Source: a virus (taxonomy: Duplodnaviria; Caudoviricetes). From it: 64,000 bases of DNA. The notes beneath the pieces are model-generated. The model saw only the letters and a program-made list of their open reading frames with translations, ran no database searches and was not told the origin of the DNA. The stretch is from the IMG/VR virus record IMGVR_UViG_2602041884_000001, positions 10,432 to 74,431 of that record; one strand, given 5' to 3'. The position numbers and the translations under genes were made by a program. This document shows positions 10,001 to 17,499 of the stretch, in pieces. Within the stretch, counting starts at the first letter, position 1; each line of letters starts with the position of its first letter.

Positions 10001-13000
10001 CCGTTGGCGGTATGTCGATCAGTGCAGCTGCCGATACTTCATCGGTCGGCGGCGCGGTGTCCGAACTATCCGCAGCGGCCAATTCGACGGCAAGCAAGGG
10101 GGCAGCGATTGACGTTGCCGCGACCGCAGACGTTTCGGCGGACCCCGGCGACGTGGACTACGCAGCCGCCCAGGCCGCACTGACGGCGTTCATTACCGAG
10201 TCGACGGCCCAGTTGACAACCTTCAACGCGACAGTTACCGCCTCGATCAACGGGATGGTCCTCGGAATTACTGCAGGTTTCACTACTATGCAGACAAGTG
10301 CAACCGCAGCGTTCACCAACATGAACACCATTGCCGTTACTCAGTTTACGGCGATGCAGACAAATGTAGTTACAATCGTCAGCACTATGGTGACGACTGT
10401 TAATGGACAGCTGCAGCTGCTCATCACTTACGTCACGTCGTTCGGGCAGAGCTTCAATGCTGCCTGGAATGCGGCGTGGAAGGCATGGCAGGACACCACG
10501 ACGAGCGGGGTTAACAATACCCTGTCCGAGTGGGAGCGGATGGCGCTTGGCTTGAACAACACTCTCGAGAGCGGTATTCGCCCGGTCTTCGATGAGATGC
10601 AGGTCATGCTCCAGGAGCTCGAAGATGCCTACGCCCGAACTGTAGACAACGTTGGTGCAACCTGGGACGGCATTCGCGAGAAGACCGCAGCCCCGGCACG
10701 CTTTGTTATTAACGATGTCTACAACGACGGTATTCGTGGTGCCTGGAATAAGTTCAATAAGTTCCTCGACCTGGAGGAACTGCCTGAGCATACCGCAAGC
10801 TTTGCGTCCGGTGGTAGTGTTCATGGAAAGGGCACCGGAACCAGCGACTCGATCCGCGCGATGCTCTCGAATGGTGAGCACGTCATCACAGCTCGAGAGG
10901 TTCAGGCTGCCGGTGGTCACGCGGCTATCGAGAATCAGCGTCGCGCATGGCTCGCGGGTCGAAACGGCTCGATGCAGACTGGTGTTGAGGCATTCAAGAA
11001 CGGTGGCCGCGTTGGCACCGACGGCGACAATGGCCCAGGACTTGTCCAGGGTGGCAACATTCAGCTCGGTGACGTGTCTGCAGGTGGCATCACGACGCCG
11101 ATTCAGCAGGCTATGTGGGATGCAGTTCGTACCGCTTTCCCGCAGGTGACCCTGTTCTCTGCAACTCGCTACCAGGACGTCGGTTCAGGTTACGACTACC
11201 ACATGGCAGGCATGGCGCTTGACGTCAGCCCGTCGCCGGAGATCGCAAACTGGATTTACGCGATGAACAAGACCAACCCGGTCCTGGAGCTCATCCACTG
11301 GCCCCTGGCCGGATGGGAGAACCTCAAGAACGGTGCGCCACTCGATTACGGCGCTGCAACCAACGCTGGACACATGGACCACGTACACTGGGCCATGAAT
11401 ACGATGGTTGATAACGAGGGCAAGATCGTCTCGATGGGTCCGATGGGCGCTGGGATCAACCCTGTTAATTACAAGAAGCTCGTCGAAGATGGAATCAACT
11501 CCAGCCTCGATGCAGTTCTTGATCGTGATCCGAAGTTCGGCGGCGGCATCGGCGAGTGGGTTCCGAAGTCGATCGAGCTTGCTCGCAAGAGTATGCAAGA
11601 CAAGCTCGGACCCCTCGCCGAGAAGCATTCGACAATGTTCTCGGGCAGCAAGAACTCCGGACCCGGTGGCAATATTCCGTACGACTTTAGTGCGGGTGTT
11701 GAGCAGTGGCGCAAGCTGGCCACCGAGATGCTCATCAAGCAGGGCCAGTCTGCGACCTACGTCGACCGACTGCTTATGCAGATGAACTCGGAGTCCGGCG
11801 GCAACCCGAACGCTATTAACGACTGGGACATTAACTGGCAGAACGGAGTCCCCTCCAAGGGCCTCATGCAGGTTATTGATCCTACGTTCCAGAAGTGGCG
11901 CGATCCGAGCTTGCCTAATGACATCTGGGACCCGGCTGCGAACATCGCGGCCTCGATCCGCTACACGATGGGAGAGTACGGAACACTCGACGCCTGGAAC
12001 GGTACCGGCTACGACTCGGGCGGCGTTCTGCCCCCCGGCTTCACGCTGGCTCACAACCAGACGGGTGGACCCGAGGCTATCCTCACCAAGGCTCAGTGGA
12101 GTGCGATGTTCGACATCGCAAAGAACGGAAATCTCAAGCCGGAAGATGTTCAGGACGCTGTCACGAATGCCAACATCGCAACTGGCAACACTGCAGACAA
12201 GCAGGCGGATGCGATCATCAAGGGCATGGACGTGTGGCAGAAGGCCTGGACACCAGCCCTGTATGGTGCGGCAGACGAGTCGGTCAAGGCTTCGGACAAG
12301 GTGTCGAAGGCTGCGGATGGTTCCGCAAGTGCAACGGTTGCACTGAACAAGAGTCTCGGCGCATACAGCACGCAGATCACGGCACTGTCGAAGGCGCTCG
12401 TTGCGTTCTCGAACTCGGCACAGTCTTCGGTCAAGGTTACGGTCAACGTCAAGACTGGAGCAACGACAACCGAGGGCGGCAGCGGCAACGTTAAGAAGAA
12501 CGAGAAGGGCGAGACCGTCGTTACGGTCGAGCAGCCTACACTCGAGGCATGGGCACCTACGATCAACGCCTTCGCCGACCTCCTGGATGCACTGCCATAC
12601 GCTGATCGCAACTGGGATGCCGACAACCCTGTCGCTGGCGAGACCGAGCGCGAGCGCAAGATTCGTATCGCACAGAACAACATGACGAATTACACCAAGG
12701 GTGCCTACAATGTCCTGAAGGACATGGGACCTGTGGTTATGCGTCATACCGCTATCATCGGCACTGCAGCCGAGCGACTCCTGAAGGAGGACGGCCCAGC
12801 CTGGACTGCAGCGATGACGATGATTGCGACAGGTAACCCTGGTGGATACGCATTGGCAACCCTACTAGCTGTCAAGGCAGTTGCGACCTTGCTGCCCTTG
12901 GTTATTGCTGCTATCATGGATATCGTACCGGCGCTCATCAGGGCGATTGTTAGGTTCCTGACGCAGTTCATGCCAGACTCGGTGTTCGCTTACGCCGATA

Positions 13001-13215
13001 TGGCCGCAGCGGAAGATGCCGTTCGAGAGCAGCAGGAGGGTGGAGCAACAGCCCAGGGACAGGGCCGACGCTACCCATCCGACGCAATGAGAACCAGTAA
13101 TGGTAACGAGAATATCAACCTGTACATGTACGGAGACCTGGTTATGCCCAATGTCAGCGACGGAAGCGATGCGGACGACTTCGTGACCCAGCTCAAGCTG
13201 TTGGCAGGTAAGTAA
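4075..13215 (+). CDS. tape measure protein (~3,050 aa) with C-terminal peptidase-like and lytic transglycosylase domains
   Basis: Very long ORF after the chaperone; likely TTG start at 4075 after GGAG (ORF track start 3985); Trp-periodic repeats; HMAGMALD..HMDHVH and ESGGNPNAIN..GLMQ motifs. Confidence 0.95.
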   Translation: MNSSVNILITAAASRARSTINSVQAQLRSLQAASATTRASSNGPWFNGLAPAQGRIASTQAQLRTLTGVTNTANAASNRPWFASMTASGSRLQWIGKQLTTNFTAPVLIASAVGVKFGLDMEKSMTRVRKVYGDGALAQKELSSGINITARETKALEKNFIALSDRFGVQADEVAGVAAEWAAAGSSGVALAKQTKLTMETMVLGEMEAAEATKSLIAIQAQWGTDTEGLTHTLRQLNAVENETGTTLSDLVVGFSRASASARAAGLQTGELAAMIAALTPAAGSASEAGNSLKTVFARIMKPTADFTKVMDAMGIQTESSAWQSMNAGKRLKFLADSFKDLTAPQRAVVSSLAAGNWQVNRFQQLMEEMGKENGYYGKTLKLLADNDRVAAIAQNELNAVLESSPQRAKQAGVIIQNSLMKAMEPLIPVIIQLGLWFGKLFRSFSEIDPKIRTTVIALLLLLAVLGPMIVAAGILKLSIGQLAPIFMFLGRALLLPLAPLKLLRLSFWATAAQTVVGSRLMAVAVVTMNSMATMLKGVALITVAAWRIVAIGAAVTSRAMVAAWAVAHAKLVLMQVVTGIKLTRLQFVMYGAWLTAQLVWAQASAAIVTLWRKLQYAGYLLWSRVSIPLFALWSAITTGIQKTWAATWLAMQATWRAAVIMGEAAWAAASALRIAIWSATTLAMQRSWSLAWLTISFGWAAATTAITTAWARAQPILVLAAQASMLAIVRAGSAAILIVQKAWALGMMLLSASTWKGLIALSAGGMKGIFTMVLRGGAMILGALASPWILAIGAVVGLLVVFRKQIAQAFNNIVAYFKNLPAETAKGLSPIANIFIKIKNVALRAFNALPNGIKSALLKVVAIVRAAALKVYELFSYINPFAHHSPSLVENVTNGMEVVNQQFTNSANHAKRTIGALHASIKTLQGLSKPVVDANTKADYDKVRSNANQAGVGNAMPAYDKLNAQVKAGTAQLTAMNRTIDAHEAKLKRIKSGVDQYDKALEKLNSELNVTKSIQEDVGRALDGAKARYDRYANAQIAGMGAAEDAAFANEQAQKRLQLQIAKMEQESGTIDSVSDSYSKLQGQIETLTAKQTDLRNAGAGSDILGTYDKMIADLKKQQSGLMSGGADSPAGKIAALNTQLQKLQNQANVMDLEKSLKFDSLNRNIDKFKNNVEELPYGELMNGLDSSRSSVNALQYSYDMLDSVMAGQNARIAQTQAQRDALQKVYDAENTKLEAVKQTYEEVEKAVRDGEQALTDFASAAEEAVRRQEEAASAAKSVGKKAKGGKGGSDAGGPGLDAFNDAAAGDFATFGGKDVIGREGGLDDQSLGIDELTKNITGDLETALGGLNPFEPLKNAWNKTMDWFRNLGAPISDVFGGIGSSISSAFNPGENENVSAFGGTLDKIKESGSKIWDSLKKVGDLIGGLFGPDLLTTVKELGAGFAEIWGKIADPLRELGGEILPFLKAAWEPLAVAIGAAIGVLEILWEVINGAIGPVFSWLGDIIAQIINVIKGAIKIITGVINVVMGVVKTIIGIIKGIFTGDWGQMIEGLKQIFVDGFGKIFGGIWDIVKSIFVAIWSTIKNFVKLIWNTVWGFVKGIIDFFYHLWDVLVGHSIVPDTINSIIDWFKSLPGKILSGLWTFIKTVIGFFAKLPMLILKGLLMLGQFLWRAFSAAFIWLVQNLPGVIVGLMTWVGGLVGNILGWLGDLGGKLLEWMGAAWQWLVDNGPTMLLNLMTWLMGIAANILVWLGNLGGKLLEWMGAAWKWVVDNGPSMLASLIVWLASIPGKVIGWLGDIGSKLGEWLKAGWDYLKDNWPTLLAKFIIWLDGINDWIIDKLKGLGGKLGKWIKSAWDWIVDNGPDLLGKFWNWIKGLPGKILEKLGDASKMLYDFGKNMIQGLLNGAGELLSKIGEFMLDKLPGWIKTPFKKAMGINSPSKVFAGYGKNIGEGLIIGMDGMGKRVEGASHAMAAAADAGTVGGMSISAAADTSSVGGAVSELSAAANSTASKGAAIDVAATADVSADPGDVDYAAAQAALTAFITESTAQLTTFNATVTASINGMVLGITAGFTTMQTSATAAFTNMNTIAVTQFTAMQTNVVTIVSTMVTTVNGQLQLLITYVTSFGQSFNAAWNAAWKAWQDTTTSGVNNTLSEWERMALGLNNTLESGIRPVFDEMQVMLQELEDAYARTVDNVGATWDGIREKTAAPARFVINDVYNDGIRGAWNKFNKFLDLEELPEHTASFASGGSVHGKGTGTSDSIRAMLSNGEHVITAREVQAAGGHAAIENQRRAWLAGRNGSMQTGVEAFKNGGRVGTDGDNGPGLVQGGNIQLGDVSAGGITTPIQQAMWDAVRTAFPQVTLFSATRYQDVGSGYDYHMAGMALDVSPSPEIANWIYAMNKTNPVLELIHWPLAGWENLKNGAPLDYGAATNAGHMDHVHWAMNTMVDNEGKIVSMGPMGAGINPVNYKKLVEDGINSSLDAVLDRDPKFGGGIGEWVPKSIELARKSMQDKLGPLAEKHSTMFSGSKNSGPGGNIPYDFSAGVEQWRKLATEMLIKQGQSATYVDRLLMQMNSESGGNPNAINDWDINWQNGVPSKGLMQVIDPTFQKWRDPSLPNDIWDPAANIAASIRYTMGEYGTLDAWNGTGYDSGGVLPPGFTLAHNQTGGPEAILTKAQWSAMFDIAKNGNLKPEDVQDAVTNANIATGNTADKQADAIIKGMDVWQKAWTPALYGAADESVKASDKVSKAADGSASATVALNKSLGAYSTQITALSKALVAFSNSAQSSVKVTVNVKTGATTTEGGSGNVKKNEKGETVVTVEQPTLEAWAPTINAFADLLDALPYADRNWDADNPVAGETERERKIRIAQNNMTNYTKGAYNVLKDMGPVVMRHTAIIGTAAERLLKEDGPAWTAAMTMIATGNPGGYALATLLAVKAVATLLPLVIAAIMDIVPALIRAIVRFLTQFMPDSVFAYADMAAAEDAVREQQEGGATAQGQGRRYPSDAMRTSNGNENINLYMYGDLVMPNVSDGSDADDFVTQLKLLAGK
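9194..9362 (+). repeat. 132-nt (44-aa) periodic repeat in tape measure
   Basis: Identical 37-mer ACCTCGGCGGCAAGCTGCTCGAGTGGATGGGCGCTGC at 9194 and 9326. Confidence 0.85.
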
Positions 13216-15758
13216 TGAGTAGGATTATACGCCGCCCCAACCAGGCTGTTGACTACGGAACTGTTGAGACTAACGGCTCCGGCAACGTCCTGGGAGACGG
13301 GAGCGACTCGACTCGCAAGCAGTACTACGACGACTCGGGAAGTATCCTTCTCTATCCGACGTTCGACCCGACGACCATCCCTGACGATCGAGAGATTATC
13401 GCCGTCAGGGCTGGTCATCGTCAGCAGAACGGCGGCTCGCTGATTGTGCTGCACAACGGCTGGGTCATGGGATACCTTCGCATTAATGGCGAGCGGTACT
13501 CCAAGACGAAGGCTTACCGCCAGGACGGCTACAGCACGAGTGCGCGCGCCATCGAGGGTGCTCCGATCTATAACTCGGCGTTCGCCCCCTGGTCGGCAGC
13601 GCAGATCAACACGATGACGACAGACGTCGGCACTGCAACCGGAGAGTTCGGCCCGAACAAGAAGAAGCTCTGGTGCATCTGCACCGAGTCTTACATTGTT
13701 CTGGTTCTCGACGACGATGTCGTTGTGCCTTCGATCAACTTCCCGGCTGACGGTGCTACGATCAGCACCTCGTCTGTTGACTTCAAGGGTAACGTCACGG
13801 TGACCCAGGAGGAGCAGCCTGTCGCTTGCGTTTTCCAGGTGTCACGCGTGCCCACCTTTGACGACTCGACTGTCGACACTTATGTCGGCGGTCTTGTCGA
13901 CAAGGCTGGCAGCACGAGTAACTACGACTCGATCGTGGGCAAGGATAGCTACACCAACCTTGGCCCTGGCACCTGGTATGTCCGCTGCAAGGGCAAGGAT
14001 TACCGTGGAGTGGAGTCTGCATGGGGAGATGTAACAAGCTTCAACATCGTCCACGCGGCTCTGCCGGTTCCTGTTCTGACCAATCCAGCTGACGGTTCCA
14101 CCAAGAATACTCCGTACGGTCGACGCGAGGCCACCATCCAGACGACTCCTCCGGGCGAGCGGTATGTTGGTATCCAGTGGCAGTTCAGTCAGGCCCCCGA
14201 CTTTCCGGTAGGTAATCCGACTTATCCTCTCGTAGAGTGGACCAACAACCAGGTCGGGCGATACAACGCTGGCGTTGTTGGATACAACGCTGATCCAAAC
14301 CCGCTGATCGAGCCGGGACTCAATGGCGAGAACGTTTCGACCGACGACCCTGATCAGTACATCATCCAGGGTCTGCACCACGGGCGCGTTCGCTGTGTGG
14401 ACGTATGGGGGCAGACCGGCCCTTGGTCTACCCCCATCGAGTTCGAGCTCTGGCATCCGCCGGTGGTTCAACAGCCTTGGCCCAGTGGCGGCAAGGGCTT
14501 CGATGACGCCGCATTCCCCGTGCGTTGGCAGTTCGGAGACGCATGGAAGGGCGACGCTCAGCGCTCGTATCATGTGATCGTTCGAGACCCTGCCAACAAC
14601 GTGCTGTACGACACCGGCGAGGTTCTGAGTCCGTTCAACAACGTCTTCGTCAGCATCGACCCGATCTGGAAAGAGCAGACCCTCGGCCTCTCTATCCAGC
14701 TTACCGACCGAGACGGCGTGCCGTCTGACGTTTGGACTGGAACCTTCCGGCACTCGACCGCCCCGTTCATTCACCTGAACTACCCGGCAGCCGACGAGGA
14801 GATCATCACCGGCCAGCCGTCGCTCTCCTGGACGGTCGACTTCGCGCCGGGTCAGACACAGAAGTCTTACCATATCGCCTTCATTCGTCGGGATACTGGC
14901 GTAGTGGAATACAAGACTGCCGTCATTCAGTCTAGTGCAACAAGCTGGACTGCGCCGACGGCTGTCCTGAAGAACATGTCCGCATACCAGCTGGCTCTGA
15001 CTATCACTGATACGCAGGACCTGTACACGACGCTGCTTCGGAACTTCAGTACGAACTACGTGCGACCTCCGACGATCTACTGCTCTGCGTACGATACGGA
15101 GTATGAGGAAAAGGGTTATGTCAAGATTCTGTGGCCTGCGACTACTGTCGATCCGCAGTTCGTAGAGTTCCGACTCTACCGAAAGAATGTGGACCTGGAG
15201 AATCCAGAGTGGGAACAGATTGGCACGGTCTCTGATCCTACTCGGTGGGAGTTCCATGACTGGTCAACGTCTGGCCCGTACCACTACCGATACAGCATCA
15301 CGCAGGTTGTCATGCTGTATGGCGCGCTAGTCGAGTCACTTCAGGACGAGTTCGGAGACGTGCTGCAGGTCCAGTCGAGCCACTACTGGCTCATCGTGCC
15401 GGATCGCGAGGAGCTCAATAGCAAGCTCTACCACATCACGGACGATAAGTACTCGCAGCGCATCGAGCAGAACCAGCACGTCATCATGGAGGGCGGCGGC
15501 ACTCGGGTTTCGTATGGCGCAAAGATCGGCATGGAGGGTTCGCTCACCGGCCAGATCAAGGCTGCGTCTCCGATCGACGTCAAGACCCAGCGCGAGCGCA
15601 TCGAGCGTATCCAGTTCGAGATGCACTGGTGCTACCTGCGCGACCCGTTCGGCAACTACACAAAGGTTGCCATCGGAGAGCTGTCCATCGGTCGCATCGC
15701 TGGCGTTGGCCTCAGTGAGTTCGTAGACATCGAGATTCCCTACATGGAGGTAAAGTGA
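13215..15758 (+). CDS. minor tail protein (distal tail-like, Ig/FN3-like repeats)
   Basis: First gene after tape measure; 847 aa; repeated 'P.dG..I', 'WYVR' and 'SAW' beta-sandwich motifs. Confidence 0.8.
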   Translation: MSRIIRRPNQAVDYGTVETNGSGNVLGDGSDSTRKQYYDDSGSILLYPTFDPTTIPDDREIIAVRAGHRQQNGGSLIVLHNGWVMGYLRINGERYSKTKAYRQDGYSTSARAIEGAPIYNSAFAPWSAAQINTMTTDVGTATGEFGPNKKKLWCICTESYIVLVLDDDVVVPSINFPADGATISTSSVDFKGNVTVTQEEQPVACVFQVSRVPTFDDSTVDTYVGGLVDKAGSTSNYDSIVGKDSYTNLGPGTWYVRCKGKDYRGVESAWGDVTSFNIVHAALPVPVLTNPADGSTKNTPYGRREATIQTTPPGERYVGIQWQFSQAPDFPVGNPTYPLVEWTNNQVGRYNAGVVGYNADPNPLIEPGLNGENVSTDDPDQYIIQGLHHGRVRCVDVWGQTGPWSTPIEFELWHPPVVQQPWPSGGKGFDDAAFPVRWQFGDAWKGDAQRSYHVIVRDPANNVLYDTGEVLSPFNNVFVSIDPIWKEQTLGLSIQLTDRDGVPSDVWTGTFRHSTAPFIHLNYPAADEEIITGQPSLSWTVDFAPGQTQKSYHIAFIRRDTGVVEYKTAVIQSSATSWTAPTAVLKNMSAYQLALTITDTQDLYTTLLRNFSTNYVRPPTIYCSAYDTEYEEKGYVKILWPATTVDPQFVEFRLYRKNVDLENPEWEQIGTVSDPTRWEFHDWSTSGPYHYRYSITQVVMLYGALVESLQDEFGDVLQVQSSHYWLIVPDREELNSKLYHITDDKYSQRIEQNQHVIMEGGGTRVSYGAKIGMEGSLTGQIKAASPIDVKTQRERIERIQFEMHWCYLRDPFGNYTKVAIGELSIGRIAGVGLSEFVDIEIPYMEVK

Positions 15759-15759
15759 T

Positions 15760-17499
15760 ATGGCTATGCCTCCCCGCGAGGACATTCAGCGGGCGTTTCT
15801 CGAGCCTACGATCAATGTCATTCGCCGCGTAGAGATCTACGAAGAAGACGGCACAACACCCTGGCGTCGCGACCTGTGGGGCGAGATTCTCGTCGGCGGC
15901 AACGTCGGCCTGGACTATGACCGCGACGAGCGTCGCACCTTCGACGTGGAGCTCTCCAACCTGGACGGCGACCTGAATCCGAAGGCTGGTGGACTTTGGT
16001 ACGACAAGCGATTCAAGATTTACTACGGGCTGCGACTCAATCAAGATGATCGCGGAGTTCGTGTCGCCATCGTGGAGGAGAACCTCGCTACCGGCCAGGC
16101 GTTCGAGCTGAAGAAGCACCTGTCGGCGAACGGAATCAACGAGGTTCACTACCTTCCGACAGCCACCGAGTACGAACAGATTGAGAGTTATGACGTACTC
16201 GTTGCCATTTCTAGCACCAGCATTCAGAAGACCTCGTTCCTGAATCAGTGCTACAACAGGGGCAAGGGTATCGTCACCTTCTCGATGGACCAGACGTCAT
16301 CCTCGCTGCCGTTGGTGATCGGCAACCACGGCGCGGGGGCCGTCGCCACGGGCGCAGAACGCAATTATGCTCCAATGGCGGCGGCGTCTAGCCTATCGGT
16401 AGGGTGGGACGAATGGAGTACGAGTGAAACGACTTTGTATCGCAAGATTCTAGCACCAGCAACTGGCGCTCAGGTTATTGCGATCATGGAAGACGAGAAT
16501 GGCCAGTCGGCTGGAGCTGTTTCCAGGGAAGATACCGACGGCAGGCGCTGGGTTCACTGCGTGGCAGCTGACTTTGACGAAGATACACTCGACCTTGGGT
16601 ACGAGGAGTTCGGAAAGTTTGCCTCCCGTGTCACGAATTGGGCCTCCTCCTACAGCGCACTCGATGAGTGGGAGATTCAGCTAGGCGAGTTCATGGCCGA
16701 TGCTATCTCCCTTGGTCAGTCATATGCTACAATAGCTGTGACAGGACGTGATCTAACTAAGATGTGCCAGCAGTCCAAGTTCGTTGCATCGACTACATTC
16801 ACTGCAAACACTCCGATCGAGAGTGTGGTCAAGACTGTCGCAACAAACGCTGGAATCTCTAGGTTTAGATTGCCGATTACCTCCAAGGTTCTCGACAAGG
16901 ATATGACCTGGGAACGAGACACTTCACGTTGGGACGTGATTCGAGATGTCGCAAACAGCAACAACTACGAGATATTCTTCGACAATGAAGGTTATCTTAC
17001 TATGCGTGAGTTTCGTGATCCACTCACCACTCCATCTACTCTTGATCTTAGTGTTGGGTTGGGAGGTAATCTTATCTCTCGAAGCGGGAGAACCTCGGAC
17101 GCAAGTCTTTTTAATCACATCGTTGTTGTTGGTGAATCTTCTGATTCATCGACTCCACCTGTGTATGCAGAGGCGATTAACAACTCTCCAGCTTCTCCAA
17201 CAAGCGTAAAAGAGATTGGCGATCGGGTGTCGATTACGACGCTCTCGCTGATTACAACTGTGCCACAAGCACAGGAGTATGCAGACTCTATCCTCGCAGT
17301 GTCTGCGCTGGAAGAGTTTGAGCTTTCGTTCGAAGCCACGCTGCTGCCGTGGATTGAGGTCGGAGACATCGTAGAGATGAAGCGCTCCGACAGCAGGTAC
17401 TGGGGGCCGGACCGATACCTGCTTACAAGCTTGTCATTTCCCCTAGATCTGACCCCGATGTCAGGTAATGGGAAACGAGTTGAAAAGGTAGAAAGCTAA
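15760..17499 (+). CDS. minor tail protein (baseplate hub-like)
   Basis: 'FFDNEGYL' and 'FNHIVVVG..P.IEVGD' hub-type motifs; synteny. Confidence 0.8.
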   Translation: MAMPPREDIQRAFLEPTINVIRRVEIYEEDGTTPWRRDLWGEILVGGNVGLDYDRDERRTFDVELSNLDGDLNPKAGGLWYDKRFKIYYGLRLNQDDRGVRVAIVEENLATGQAFELKKHLSANGINEVHYLPTATEYEQIESYDVLVAISSTSIQKTSFLNQCYNRGKGIVTFSMDQTSSSLPLVIGNHGAGAVATGAERNYAPMAAASSLSVGWDEWSTSETTLYRKILAPATGAQVIAIMEDENGQSAGAVSREDTDGRRWVHCVAADFDEDTLDLGYEEFGKFASRVTNWASSYSALDEWEIQLGEFMADAISLGQSYATIAVTGRDLTKMCQQSKFVASTTFTANTPIESVVKTVATNAGISRFRLPITSKVLDKDMTWERDTSRWDVIRDVANSNNYEIFFDNEGYLTMREFRDPLTTPSTLDLSVGLGGNLISRSGRTSDASLFNHIVVVGESSDSSTPPVYAEAINNSPASPTSVKEIGDRVSITTLSLITTVPQAQEYADSILAVSALEEFELSFEATLLPWIEVGDIVEMKRSDSRYWGPDRYLLTSLSFPLDLTPMSGNGKRVEKVES

